From the NCBI RefSeq assembly GCF_021246445.1, contig NZ_JAJQXW010000001.1:1070168-1134167 (forward strand): a DNA stretch of 64,000 nt, in the 5' to 3' direction. Source of the DNA: Rhabdothermincola salaria (lineage in GTDB: Bacteria > Actinomycetota > Acidimicrobiia > Acidimicrobiales > Acidimicrobilacustridaceae). A program made the translations under genes and the position numbers. The first letter of the stretch is position 1. Each line of letters opens with the position of its first letter. Below are positions 1 to 9,792 of the stretch, one piece after another. The notes under the pieces were generated by a model. The model saw nothing but the letters and a program-made list of their open reading frames with translations. It had not been told where the DNA came from and did not search any database.

Positions 1-617
1 ACGACCTCGGCCTTGATCGCCACGCAGGCCGCCACGCGCTCGTCGAGGGGCAGGGCGTCGAGGTCGCCGCCGCCGAGGAAGTGGTACTTGGCCAGCTCGC
101 CGAGGCCGCTGCGGTACTCGCGGGGCGGCAGTGTGGCCAGCACCTCGGTGTCGCACAGCACCGCGGCGGGCTGCCAGAAGGCGCCCACCAGGTTCTTGCC
201 CTCGGGGAGGTTCACCCCGGTCTTGCCGCCGATGGCGGCGTCGATCTGGCCGAGCAGCGTGGTGGCCACGTGCACCACGGGCACCCCGCGGTGGTAGCAG
301 GCGGCGGCGAAGCCGGCGGTGTCGGTGACGATGCCGCCCCCGACGGCCACCACGGCGTCGGCCCGGGTGAGACCCCAACGGGCCCACTGCCGGCAGAGGT
401 CCTCGACGGTGGCCAGAGACTTGGCGTCCTCGCCGTCGGGCATCTCGAACACCTGGTGCTCCCGCCCGGGGTCGACCTCGACGCCGATGCCGGCCTGGGT
501 GACCACCGCGACGCGTCCGACCCCGGCGGGCAGGACCTCGGCCAGGCGGTGACGGGCACCGTCGCCCACGAGCACGTCGTAGCCCTGCGGGACAAGGGGC
601 ACGGGGACGGTGATCAC
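1..617 (-). CDS. aroB: 3-dehydroquinate synthase, partial (C-terminus beyond window edge)
   Basis: Not in ORF track because the frame runs off the window; reverse complement of nt 1-50 reads PLDERVAACVAIKAEVV (DHQS CxIKAxVV motif); N-terminus VITVPVPLVPQGYDVLVGDGA from GTG at 617 forming GTGA overlap with aroK stop; synteny aroC-aroK-aroB. Confidence 0.8.
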   Translation of the reverse strand, partial: MITVPVPLVPQGYDVLVGDGARHRLAEVLPAGVGRVAVVTQAGIGVEVDPGREHQVFEMPDGEDAKSLATVEDLCRQWARWGLTRADAVVAVGGGIVTDTAGFAAACYHRGVPVVHVATTLLGQIDAAIGGKTGVNLPEGKNLVGAFWQPAAVLCDTEVLATLPPREYRSGLGELAKYHFLGGGDLDALPLDERVAACVAIKAEV

Positions 618-1192
618 GACGTCGGCCCTCCGGCCGCGCTGCTCGCCTCGCGCTCGCGCACGGTGGTGACGATCAGGTCCACCACCTCGTCGAGGGGGCG
701 GGCGGCGTCGACCAGCAGGTCGGAGACCTCGGCGTAGAGGCCCTCGCGGCCCTCGGCCAGACGGGCCAGGGTGCCCGCCGGGTCGTCCTCGAGGGCCGGG
801 CGGTGGGTGGACCCGGCGACCCGTTCGACCAGCAGCTCGAGTGGCGCCTGGAGCCACACCACCGTGCCGGCCCGCGCCAGGGCGGTCCGGTTGGCGGGAT
901 CCAGGACCACGCCACCGGCGGCGGCCACGACGGTGGGCGTCGGGTCGTCGAGCACCTCGGCGAGGACCTCGGTCTCGAGGGTCCGGAAGGCGGGCTCGCC
1001 CTCGTGGGCGAAGATCTGGGCGACGGTGCGCCCGGTGCGCTCCTCGATGACCGCGTCGCTGTCGGAGAAGGGCCGTCCCAGCTCCTGCGCCACCCGACGA
1101 CCCACGGTGGACTTGCCCACGCCCATCATCCCCACCAGCACCACGTGCCGACCGGCGCCACGCGGGGTCTGGCCCCCGACGGACCCGCTCAC
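614..1192 (-). CDS. aroK: shikimate kinase
   Basis: C-terminal 192 aa of track ORF 614..1636; Walker A GMMGVGKSTVGRRVA; GTG start at 1192 overlaps aroC TGA (GTGA); upstream part of the track ORF is out-of-frame overlap with aroC. Confidence 0.85.
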   Translation of the reverse strand: MSGSVGGQTPRGAGRHVVLVGMMGVGKSTVGRRVAQELGRPFSDSDAVIEERTGRTVAQIFAHEGEPAFRTLETEVLAEVLDDPTPTVVAAAGGVVLDPANRTALARAGTVVWLQAPLELLVERVAGSTHRPALEDDPAGTLARLAEGREGLYAEVSDLLVDAARPLDEVVDLIVTTVREREASSAAGGPTS

Positions 1193-2457
1193 GATCGGCC
1201 GGCCGTGGGGTCGGGGTCGTCGAAGGCCTGCTGCTCGTCCCAGTTGAGCGGAGCCGAGGCCGGGTCGCCGGCGGCGGCCGGTGCCCTCGAGGCCGATTGG
1301 ACGCGGACCTGGGCGACGAAGCCGTCGTGGTTGCGGACGAACTCGCCGAGGGAGTCGCCGCCGAACTTGCGCAGGGCCTCGTCGGCCAGGACCAGGGCGA
1401 CCATGGCCTCGGCCACCACGCCCATGGCCGGCACCGCGGTCACGTCGGTGCGCTCCTTGAAGGACGTGGAGGCTTCCTTGGTGGCGGTGTCGACGGTGGC
1501 GAGGACGGGGCGGTTGAGGGTGGCGAGCGGCTTCATGGCCACGTGGGCGACCAGCACCTCGCCGGTGGACATGCCGCCCTCGATGCCGCCGGCCCGCGCG
1601 CTGGTACGGCGGTAGATCCCGGCCTCGGGGTCCCATTCGATGGGGTCGTGGGCTTCGCTCCCCCGGCGTCCGGCGACGTCGAAGCCGTCGCCGATCTCGA
1701 CGCCCTTCACCGCCTGGATGCTCATGAGGGCCTGGGCCAGGAGACCATCGAGCTTGCGATCCCAGTGGACGTGGCTCCCCAAGCCGATGGGGACCCCGTG
1801 GGCCAGGACCTCGACGACCCCACCGAGGGAGTCGCCGTCCTTGGCCGCGGCCTTGATGGCGGCGATGATGCCCTCCTCGGCCGCCGGATCGGCGCAGCGC
1901 ACCTCGGAAGTGTCGACCGCGCCCAGCTCACCGGGGCCGGGGCGCCGAGCGGGGTCAGCGTGGACGCCGCCCATGGCGACGACGTGGGACCCCACCTCGG
2001 TGCCGATGTGGGACAGCAGGGCCTTCGCGACCGCCCCCGCGGCCACGCGGGCGGCCGTCTCGCGAGCGGAGGCCCGCTCGAGCACGTCGCGGGCGTCGGC
2101 GAGGTCGTACTTCTGCATGCCGGTGAGGTCGGCGTGGCCGGGGCGCGGGGTCGTGAGGGGCTGGGAGGTGACCCCTGGGTGGGGCGACATCTCCTCGGTC
2201 CACTTGCGCTCCCACTCGCTGTTGGCGATCTCGAGCGTGATCGGCGCGCCGAGGGTGCGCCCGTGGCGGATGCCCGTGAGCAACGTGACCTCATCGGCCT
2301 CGAAGCGCATGCGGGGGCCACGGCCGTAGCCGAGCCGGCGACGGGCCAGCTCGTCGGTGATCTGTTCGAGGGTGAGGGGGAGGCCGGCGGGAACCCCCTC
2401 GAGCACGACCACGAGGGCCTTGCCATGGGATTCTCCGGCGGTCAGGAAGCGCAGCAC
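1189..2457 (-). CDS. aroC: chorismate synthase
   Basis: 422 aa, N-terminus MLRFLTAGESHGKAL typical of AroC; GTG start. Confidence 0.9.
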   Translation of the reverse strand: MLRFLTAGESHGKALVVVLEGVPAGLPLTLEQITDELARRRLGYGRGPRMRFEADEVTLLTGIRHGRTLGAPITLEIANSEWERKWTEEMSPHPGVTSQPLTTPRPGHADLTGMQKYDLADARDVLERASARETAARVAAGAVAKALLSHIGTEVGSHVVAMGGVHADPARRPGPGELGAVDTSEVRCADPAAEEGIIAAIKAAAKDGDSLGGVVEVLAHGVPIGLGSHVHWDRKLDGLLAQALMSIQAVKGVEIGDGFDVAGRRGSEAHDPIEWDPEAGIYRRTSARAGGIEGGMSTGEVLVAHVAMKPLATLNRPVLATVDTATKEASTSFKERTDVTAVPAMGVVAEAMVALVLADEALRKFGGDSLGEFVRNHDGFVAQVRVQSASRAPAAAGDPASAPLNWDEQQAFDDPDPTAGRS

Positions 2458-2506
2458 CGGGCCAATCTACCGGCCGGCGCGCCGGGCCCCGAAGCCCGTT
2501 GGCGGC

Positions 2507-3217
2507 TCAGACCCCGACCAGGGACTCGCTGAAGAGCACCGCCAGCACCGTGCCGAGGGCGAGGAAGGGACCGAAGGGGAAGGGGCGGCTGCCCCGGCGG
2601 GCGACCAGCAGCACCAGACCCACCACGGTGCCGCTGAGGAACCCGATGAGCATCGCCCACAGCACCAGGGCCAGGGCCTGCTGGAGGTCCGAGCCGAGCC
2701 ACCCGACGTAGAGGCCCATCACCGCAGCCAGCTTCACGTCACCGAACCCCATGCCCCGTGGAGAGATGAGATGGGCCAGGAACAGGAACCCGAAGTAGAG
2801 GGCGGCGCCCGCCAGGGCGTGGCGGATGCGATCGGAATCGCCGTCGACGACCGAGACGACGACGATCAGCGGCACCGAGACGAGGAAGGTGGGCAGGACG
2901 ATGAGGTCGGGCAGCCGGTAGTGCTCGATGTCGATGACGGTCAGGGCGGCGAGGGCCGTGAACAGCACGAGGAACGCGCCGAGGGTGCCGACCGAGGCGT
3001 CGGCGAAGCGCCATGCGGCCGCGGCGAACAGCACGAGCACGAGGACGTGCACGGCGAGATCCCGGGTCGAGGGTCGGAGGGGCTTGAGGGGATCGACCAG
3101 CGACAGGCGGTCGGGGACGCGGTCGACGAGCACGGCGGCGACCCAGCCCACGGGGAGGGCGAGGAGCACGCAGACGACCAGCCGGACCACGTTCACGTCG
3201 GCGACGGTAGCGGTCAC
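2507..3217 (-). CDS. type IV prepilin / Flp prepilin leader peptidase (A24 family)
   Basis: 236 aa polytopic membrane protein with GMGFGDVKL motif of A24 aspartic peptidases. Confidence 0.75.
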   Translation of the reverse strand: MTATVADVNVVRLVVCVLLALPVGWVAAVLVDRVPDRLSLVDPLKPLRPSTRDLAVHVLVLVLFAAAAWRFADASVGTLGAFLVLFTALAALTVIDIEHYRLPDLIVLPTFLVSVPLIVVVSVVDGDSDRIRHALAGAALYFGFLFLAHLISPRGMGFGDVKLAAVMGLYVGWLGSDLQQALALVLWAMLIGFLSGTVVGLVLLVARRGSRPFPFGPFLALGTVLAVLFSESLVGV

Positions 3218-3298
3218 CGTCGGTGCGGCCGGACATGGCCGGACACGGAGCCTGCCCTGCGTTCTAGCGGACGGCGCTCTCGACGAGGGCGCCGGCGA

Positions 3299-4345
3299 TC
3301 AGCGTTCGCCGTCACCCAGGAAGCGCAGCAGCAGCTCGTGGTCGAGCTCCTCGGTGGCTTCCACCTCGGCCAGGACCCGGTCGCGCTCTTCGGGCGAGTC
3401 GGCCCGGGCCGCCGCCGCCACGGCTTTGGCTGCCTTCGGGCTCAGGTTGGCGAGGTGACGGGCGAACTCGGCTGCGGTGTCGTCGTCGGCCCCATCGTCG
3501 GCGGACCGATCGAACGCATCGCCACCGGTGGCGGGAGACTCGGACATGGCCGGCGTGGGGTCCCACGAGGACTCCTCGAACCAGCTGGCGGGCGGTTCGG
3601 CACCGCCGGTGGAGACATCGTCGAGGTGATCGACCCGGAGCGACCCGTCGTGGTCTGCGGCCTCGGTGGCGATCCCACCGCCGCTGGGGAGCAGGTCGGC
3701 GTCCGCGGTGGGGGGCTGGGCCTCCTCGGCCGGTGCCTCCTCGCCCACGTGCACCACGCCGATCTCGACCAGGCCATGCACGAGACGGCCGGTGCCCAGC
3801 TCGCTGGCGCCGATGCGCTCGGCCACCGCCGCCGCGGTGGCGCCGGATCCGATGACGGCGAGGACCCGCCAGCGATCGGCATCGATGGCCACCTCTTCGC
3901 CGGGGAGCTCGGGGGCCAGGGTCAGGCGGCACTGGGGCGACGGGAGGACCGACGCGATGCGCCGCCACTCGGCGAGGAGCTCCTCGGCCCGACCGAGCAA
4001 CGCCTCCAGGTCGTGTCGTTCGCCGTCGGGGTCGACGCCGGCGTCGGCCTCGAACTCGAAGGCGCCCTGGTCAAAGCGGAGCAGCTCGAACAGCGATTCG
4101 TCGAGCGGGAGGTCCCCGCCCGGTGCCGTCCGATCGAGCCCGACGCGATGGACCTGGCCGTCGACCACCTCGAGGTGGCCGCGTCCTCGATCGCCGTCGA
4201 GGCTGAGCCGCCCGGTCTTCGACGTCGAGGCCAGGAGGCGCAGGACGTCGGCGAGGGCGAAGGTGTCGATGGTTCCCTGAAGTGCCACGGTTCCTCCCTG
4301 GCCGGGCACGGGCCTCCCGTGCCGCCACCCTGGAACCATCGGCAC
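3299..4345 (-). CDS. DUF4388 domain protein with acidic, Ala-rich C-terminal region
   Basis: N-terminal TIDTFALADVLRLLASTSKTGRL matches PatA-N/DUF4388 signature; start uncertain (track start 4345, possible internal GTG). Confidence 0.55.
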   Translation of the reverse strand: MPMVPGWRHGRPVPGQGGTVALQGTIDTFALADVLRLLASTSKTGRLSLDGDRGRGHLEVVDGQVHRVGLDRTAPGGDLPLDESLFELLRFDQGAFEFEADAGVDPDGERHDLEALLGRAEELLAEWRRIASVLPSPQCRLTLAPELPGEEVAIDADRWRVLAVIGSGATAAAVAERIGASELGTGRLVHGLVEIGVVHVGEEAPAEEAQPPTADADLLPSGGGIATEAADHDGSLRVDHLDDVSTGGAEPPASWFEESSWDPTPAMSESPATGGDAFDRSADDGADDDTAAEFARHLANLSPKAAKAVAAAARADSPEERDRVLAEVEATEELDHELLLRFLGDGER

Positions 4346-4385
4346 CCTGGGGCGCCGAGTCGAGTCTTTTCTGCGCGACGGCGGC

Positions 4386-5261
4386 TCAGGACCCTCGCGC
4401 GAGCGAGGCCCGGGCGGCCGCGGCCATGTCGGCGACCGGGGCCGGGGTGCCGGTCCAGAGCTCGAAGGCCACCGCGGCCTGGTGGACCAGCATCCCCAAG
4501 CCGTCGACCGGGGTGGCTCCGCGCCGACCGGCCTCGGCCAGTAGCGGGGTCACCAGCGGCTGATAGACGAGATCGGCGACGAGCTGGCCCTCGTGGAGGA
4601 CCTCGGGGTCGAACGGTGTGGCTCCTCCGGCCCCCTCCCCCATGCCCACCGACGTGGCGTTCACGACCAGCCCGGCCTCGGCCAGCACCGGGGGGGCGTC
4701 GGCGGGGGCCACCACCCGGCCCCGGTCGCCGGCGAGGGCCGCCGCTCGTTCGGCTCGAGACGATGTTCGGTTCACCACGGTGACCTGGTCGGCTCCGGCC
4801 CGGGAGAGGGCCAGCACGACCGAGCGGGCGGCACCGCCCGCCCCCAGCACGACACAGGGGAGCCCTGCCGGCGAGACGCCCGTCTCGGCGACCAGAGCGG
4901 CCACGAAGCCGGCGCCGTCGGTGTTGTGGCCCCGCAGCGTGCCGTCGTCGTTGACGACACAGTTGACCGCACCGAGCCGGCGGGCATCGTCGGAGAGCTC
5001 GTCGACCGCGCCGGCCGCGGCCTCCTTGTGCGGCATGGTGACCGACAACCCCCCGATGCCGAAGGCCCGCATCCCGCCGAGCGCGGCGGGCACGGCACCG
5101 GCGGGCACCTCGAAGGCCACGTACACCCAGTCGAGCCCGGTCGCGGCGAAGGCGGCGTTCATGATGGCCGGCGAGCGGGAGTGGCCCACGGGCTCGCCGA
5201 TGACCGCGGCCACGCGGGTGGCGCCGGTGGGAGCAGCCCGACCGGCACCGTCGACGCTCAC
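4386..5261 (-). CDS. aroE: shikimate 5-dehydrogenase
   Basis: 291-aa C-terminal part of track ORF 4386..6347: VIGEPVGHSRSPAIMNAAF, NTDGAGF, GAGGAARSV motifs; GTG start at 5261 overlaps mltG TGA (GTGA). Confidence 0.85.
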   Translation of the reverse strand: MSVDGAGRAAPTGATRVAAVIGEPVGHSRSPAIMNAAFAATGLDWVYVAFEVPAGAVPAALGGMRAFGIGGLSVTMPHKEAAAGAVDELSDDARRLGAVNCVVNDDGTLRGHNTDGAGFVAALVAETGVSPAGLPCVVLGAGGAARSVVLALSRAGADQVTVVNRTSSRAERAAALAGDRGRVVAPADAPPVLAEAGLVVNATSVGMGEGAGGATPFDPEVLHEGQLVADLVYQPLVTPLLAEAGRRGATPVDGLGMLVHQAAVAFELWTGTPAPVADMAAAARASLARGS

Positions 5262-6817
5262 AGCAGGCCCTTCTCCCGGGACTCGCGGACCTCTCGGTTG
5301 AAGTCGTCGAAGTCGTCGGTGAAGTAGTGCGACCCGTCCTCGTCGGCGAGCACGTAGTACAACCAGTCGCCTTCGGCCGGGTTGAGAGCCGCCTCCATGG
5401 AGGCCTCCCCCGGGGAGCTGATCGGGGCGGGCGGGATGCCCGGGTAGCGGCGGGTGTTGTACGGCGAGTCGACCTCCAGCTGCGACTGCGTCAACGTGGG
5501 CAGGCGGTCGCCGAGGGCGTAGAGCACGGTGGCGTCGATGTCGAGACGCATGTCGTTCTTGATCCGGTTGTAGATCACCCGGGCGATCTTGGGGCGGTCT
5601 TCGTCTGTGCGAGCCTCGGCCTCGACCATGGAGGCCACGATGAGCGCCTCGTACGGGGTGATGGCCCGTTCGCCGGCGACGCCCTGGAGCTTGGCGGTGG
5701 CGTCGTAGAGCCCCTGGCGTTGGGCCGCGGCCTCGAAGGCGGCGACCATCTGGCCGAGCAGGACGGCCGGGTCGTCCGAGGTCGCCTTCTGCACGTCGTA
5801 GGTGGCGGGGAAGAGCACCCCTTCCGGGTTGCCCTCGACCTCGGGAAGACCGGGCACGCGCAGGAAGAACAGCGCCAGGTCGAGGGCCTCGGGTTCGACC
5901 GACGGGAAGGTGTCGAGGATGATCTGGCGGGTCTCGGACATCCAGAGCCCTTCGCGGAAGGTGACCCGTTCGATCTGTGGGGGCAGCGGACCGGCGTCGA
6001 GGACCTCGATCACGTCGCCCATGGCCATGTTCTGGCGCAGCTCGGTGTAGTCGCCGGCCCGGAACGGGCCTCCGCCCGCGAAGCGCAGGTACCACTCGAA
6101 CACGGTGGGGTTGCCGATGACCCCCTTCTCCTCGAGGAGGCGGGCGATGTCGGCGGTGGTCGCACCGGTCGGGATGGTGAGCTCCACCGGATCGCCGGGG
6201 TCGCCCGGGTCGATCTGCTGGCGCACCCACGCCCCGCCGGCGAGGACCCCGATGAGGAGCACCCCGACGAAGAGCAGGGCGGCGAACAGCCACCGGCTGC
6301 GAGTGGAGCCCTCGGGCCGGACGGCCACGAACTCCGCGCCCTCCCACGCCTCGTCGCCATACGCAGGATCGTCGGCGTACACCGGCTCCCCGGCGTAACC
6401 AGGCGACTCCTCCCCGTACCCGCCCTCGTCGGCGTACACCGGCTCCCCCGCGTACCCCGCCGCCTCGTACCCGCCCTCGTCGGCGTACACCGGCTCCCCC
6501 GCGTACCCCGCCGCCTCGTACCCGCCCTCGTCGACGTACACGGGCGCTTCGTCGGCGCCCTCGGGCCCGTCGGAGGCACCCCGGGTGGGGTCGTCGGACC
6601 AGAGATCGCCCGGAGCCCCCGGATCGGCCACGGCGTCGGCCTGGTCCTGGTCGTCGAAGAGGTGTCCGAGGTCCCAGTCGTCACCCTCGTCGGGGCGGTC
6701 GTGGTCGTGGGGGCCCTCGGGCGGGCGGGGGTCGGACACGTTGGGGCTCTCGGGGTGGGGAGGGGCCGTCAGGGGCCGGCGGACGGTGGGCGCTGGTCGG
6801 CACGCCCGTCGAGCCAC
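5258..6817 (-). CDS. mltG: endolytic murein transglycosylase MltG (YceG family) with repeat-containing N-terminal tail
   Basis: C-terminal YceG domain ([30 protein letters not shown]); single TM; N-terminal disordered region with 17-aa tandem repeats; start either 6817 (48-nt overlap with ruvX) or GTG at 6739. Confidence 0.8.
   Translation of the reverse strand: [519 protein letters not shown]
6365..6545. repeat. 51-nt tandem repeat (about 3.5 copies) inside mltG encoding [17 protein letters not shown] units
   Basis: Unit gtacccgccctcgtcggcgtacaccggctcccccgcgtaccccgccgcctc occurs twice perfectly with diverged flanking copies. Confidence 0.85.
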
Positions 6818-7209
6818 GACTGCAGGATCACGGCCGCAGCGACCTTGTCGACCACCTGGCGGCGGGCCTTGCCCTTGACCCCTCCCTCGCGGAGGAGACG
6901 GGTGGCCGTGACGGTGGTCAGACGTTCATCGTAGGTTTCGACCGGCAGGGAGGTGACGCGCCGGAGGTTCTCGACCTCGTCGAGCACCCCCTGGGCGGCC
7001 GGGCCGACGCCCCCGTCGAGCCCCAACGGGAGGCCCACGACGAGGACCTCGACCTCGGCCTCGTCGGCCAGGGCGAGGATGCGGCGGTGGTCGCGGCTCA
7101 CGTCGCCGCTACGCACCACCGTGTCGTAGGGCGAGGCCAGCACCCCACTCGAATCGCTGAGGGCCACACCGATCCGCTTGCTGCCGAGGTCGAGGCCGAG
7201 GGCTCGCAC
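6769..7209 (-). CDS. ruvX: RuvX/YqgF putative pre-16S rRNA nuclease (Holliday junction resolvase-like)
   Basis: 146 aa, MRALGLDLGSKRIGVALSD N-terminus typical of YqgF; conserved position downstream of alaS. Confidence 0.85.
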   Translation of the reverse strand: MRALGLDLGSKRIGVALSDSSGVLASPYDTVVRSGDVSRDHRRILALADEAEVEVLVVGLPLGLDGGVGPAAQGVLDEVENLRRVTSLPVETYDERLTTVTATRLLREGGVKGKARRQVVDKVAAAVILQSWLDGRADQRPPSAGP

Positions 7210-7218
7210 CGGCGCCGC

Positions 7219-9792
7219 TCAGGCCAGGCCGGCTGCGGACCGGACCTGGTCGAGGGCTTCGTCGAGCGCCCCCGGATCCTTGCCCCCGGCGACGGCGAGC
7301 TCGGCGTTCTTGCCCGTGCCCCCCTTGACCGTGCGGGCCGCGTCGGCGATGAGCTCGGAGGCATGCAGCCCCGAGTCGGCCCGCACCGCCGACACCATGG
7401 CGACACCGCCGCCGTCGGGAGCGCTGCCGAGGACCACCCCGCGGATGCCGGGCACGTCGCGGGTGGCCACCGCCAGGTCGCGCAGCGTGTCGCGGTCGAG
7501 GCCGTCGACCCGGGCCACCACGATGCCGTCGACGGCGTCCTCGGCCAGTTCGCCGGCGCGACCGCTGGCCGCCGCCCGCTCGAGCTCGCGCACGCGGGCC
7601 CTCAGCTCCTTGACCTCGGCCATCCGACGTTCGACGGATTCGACCAGCTCGTCGTTGGCCACGCCGAGCAGGTTGGTGACTGCGGCGATGCGGGCCTCGT
7701 CGGCGCGCAGCCGTTCGAGGGGGCCGGTGCCGGTGACCGCCTCGATGCGGCGGATGTTGGACCCGATGGAGGCCTCGCTGACGATCTTCATGGGACCGAT
7801 GTCGCCCAGCGCCTTGACGTGGGTGCCACCGCAGAGCTCAACCGAGCGGGGACCCGCCTCGAGCACCTTGACCACGTCGCCGTACTTGTCGCCGAAGAAG
7901 GCGATGGCGCCGATCTGCTCGGCGTACTCCTTGGTGGTCTCGTAGTGCCGGGCCGGCGGATTGGCCAGGACCTCGGCCGCGACGAGGTCCTCGATGCGGG
8001 CGGTCTCCTCGGCGCTGAGGGGTGCGTAGTGGCTGAAGTCGAAGCGGAGGCGGTCCGGGGCCACCTGTGAGCCCTGCTGCTTGACGTGGTCGCCGAGGAC
8101 CTCGCGCAGCGCCCAGTGCAGGAGGTGGGTTCCGGTGTGGTTGCGCCGGATGGCGTTGCGTCGGTCGGCGTCGATGGCCGCGGTGACCTCTTGGCCGACC
8201 TCGAGGGCACCCTCGATGGGCCCGATCCGGTGGCGGACCAGACCGGTGGCGCCGTAGACGGTGTCGAGGACCTCGGCGCGCCCGGTGTCGGAGGTGATCC
8301 AGCCGGTGTCGCCGACCTGGCCCCCGGACTCGGCGTAGAAGGGCGTGCGGTCGAGGACGAGGGAGTCGTCGGTGACGGCGAGGAGCCGGGCCTGGCACTC
8401 GTCGTTCTCGTGGCCCACGAAGTCGGTGGGCCCGACGGCCTCGGCCAACTCCACCCACTCGTCGCTGGTGCCCTCGCCACCCTTGCGGGCCTCCTTGGCC
8501 CGGCGGCGCTGCTCGGCCATCTCGGCGTCGAAGCCGGCCTGGTCGACGTCGTGGCCGCGTTCGAGGGCGATCTCGCGGGTCAGCTCGAGGGGGAAGCCGT
8601 GGGTGTCGTGCAGCAGGAAGGCCACCGAGCCGCCGATGGGTGCCCCGGCACCGAGCTTGTCGAGCTCGGCATCGAGCAGGGTGGTGCCGGTGGCGAGGGT
8701 GGCCCGGAAGCGCTCCTCTTCGCGGGCCACGACCTGGCGTACGAAGTCGTGTTGGGCGACGAGGTCCGGGTAGGCCTCGCCCATGACGGCGACGGTGGTG
8801 TCGACGAGGTCCGGGGTGACCAGGTGGGCCACGTCGAGCAGGTACGCCTCGCGGACCGCTCGCCGGATGATGCGGCGCAGCACGTAGCCCCGTCCCTCGT
8901 TGGACGGGAAGACGCCGTCGCTGACCAGGAACGACATGGTGCGGGCGTGCTCGGCCAGGATCCGCAGCGAGATGTCGGAGCGATCGGTGGCGCCGAGGCG
9001 CACGCCGGTGAGGCGCTGGGCCTCGTCGACGAGGGGCACCATCACGTCGGTGTCGAAGACGGAGTCGACGCCCTGGAGCACCGAGAGGATGCGCTCGAAA
9101 CCGGCACCGGTGTCGATGTTCTTGCGGGGCAGCTCGGTGTCGACGCCGTCGGCGTCGCGGGCGAACTGCATGAAGACCAAGTTCCAGATCTCCAGGTAGC
9201 GCTCGTCGCCACCGGTGGCCGGTCCGCCGTCGGGGCCGTAGGCCGGGCCCTTGTCGACGTAGATCTCCGAGCAGGGCCCGCAGGGGCCGGGCGGCCCGCC
9301 GGGCGGACCCCACCAGTTGTCGGCGTCGAGGCGCTGGATGCGATCGGGACGGACGCCGACGGTGTCGCGCCAGATCCCCTCGGCCTCGTCGTCGGTGAGG
9401 TGCACCGTGACCCACAGACGGTCCGGATCGAGCCCGAACAGCTCGGTGACCATCTCCCAGGCCATGGGGATGGCCTCGGACTTGAAGTAGTCGCCGAAGC
9501 TGAAGTTGCCGAGCATCTCGAAGAAGCTCAGGTGGCGGGTGTCGCGTCCCACCTCCTCGAGGTCGCTGTCCTTGCCGCCGGCCCGCACGCACTTCTGCAC
9601 CGTGGTGGCCCGACGGTACGGAGGCTGCTCCTCGCCGAGGAAGTAGGGCTTGAACGGCACCATGCCCGCGACCGTGAACATGAGGTCGGGGTCGTGGGGG
9701 ATGAGGCTGGCCGAGGGCACCACGGTGTGGCCGCGCTCTTCGAAGAAGCCCAGGAAGGCGCGCCGCAGCTCGTTGGCGGTCATGGAGGTCAT
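7219..9792 (-). CDS. alaS: alanine--tRNA ligase
   Basis: Class II aaRS motifs (FTVAGMVPFKPYF, HTGTHLLHWALREVLG); ATG at 9792 (MTSMTANELRRAFLGFF) preferred over track start 9930. Confidence 0.9.
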   Translation of the reverse strand: MTSMTANELRRAFLGFFEERGHTVVPSASLIPHDPDLMFTVAGMVPFKPYFLGEEQPPYRRATTVQKCVRAGGKDSDLEEVGRDTRHLSFFEMLGNFSFGDYFKSEAIPMAWEMVTELFGLDPDRLWVTVHLTDDEAEGIWRDTVGVRPDRIQRLDADNWWGPPGGPPGPCGPCSEIYVDKGPAYGPDGGPATGGDERYLEIWNLVFMQFARDADGVDTELPRKNIDTGAGFERILSVLQGVDSVFDTDVMVPLVDEAQRLTGVRLGATDRSDISLRILAEHARTMSFLVSDGVFPSNEGRGYVLRRIIRRAVREAYLLDVAHLVTPDLVDTTVAVMGEAYPDLVAQHDFVRQVVAREEERFRATLATGTTLLDAELDKLGAGAPIGGSVAFLLHDTHGFPLELTREIALERGHDVDQAGFDAEMAEQRRRAKEARKGGEGTSDEWVELAEAVGPTDFVGHENDECQARLLAVTDDSLVLDRTPFYAESGGQVGDTGWITSDTGRAEVLDTVYGATGLVRHRIGPIEGALEVGQEVTAAIDADRRNAIRRNHTGTHLLHWALREVLGDHVKQQGSQVAPDRLRFDFSHYAPLSAEETARIEDLVAAEVLANPPARHYETTKEYAEQIGAIAFFGDKYGDVVKVLEAGPRSVELCGGTHVKALGDIGPMKIVSEASIGSNIRRIEAVTGTGPLERLRADEARIAAVTNLLGVANDELVESVERRMAEVKELRARVRELERAAASGRAGELAEDAVDGIVVARVDGLDRDTLRDLAVATRDVPGIRGVVLGSAPDGGGVAMVSAVRADSGLHASELIADAARTVKGGTGKNAELAVAGGKDPGALDEALDQVRSAAGLA

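Noticed and set aside
614-1636. 340-aa ORF as a single gene
   Set aside because: Only the last 192 aa match shikimate kinase. The upstream 148 aa overlap aroC out of frame, and a GTG at 1192 gives a canonical GTGA-coupled start.
2357-4783. 808-aa plus-strand ORF (and similar long ORFs 12297..15260, 20709..22535, 22688..24973, 24841..25659 portion, 32730..35420, 35845..37032, 8086..9891)
   Set aside because: They are antisense to well-supported conserved genes, have Arg/Gly/Pro/Ala-rich nonsense composition, and are the expected stop-poor frames of 70% GC DNA.
4386-6347. 653-aa ORF as one protein
   Set aside because: It is a chimera of aroE (4386-5261) and a read-through antisense to mltG. 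mltG on its own frame is far better supported.
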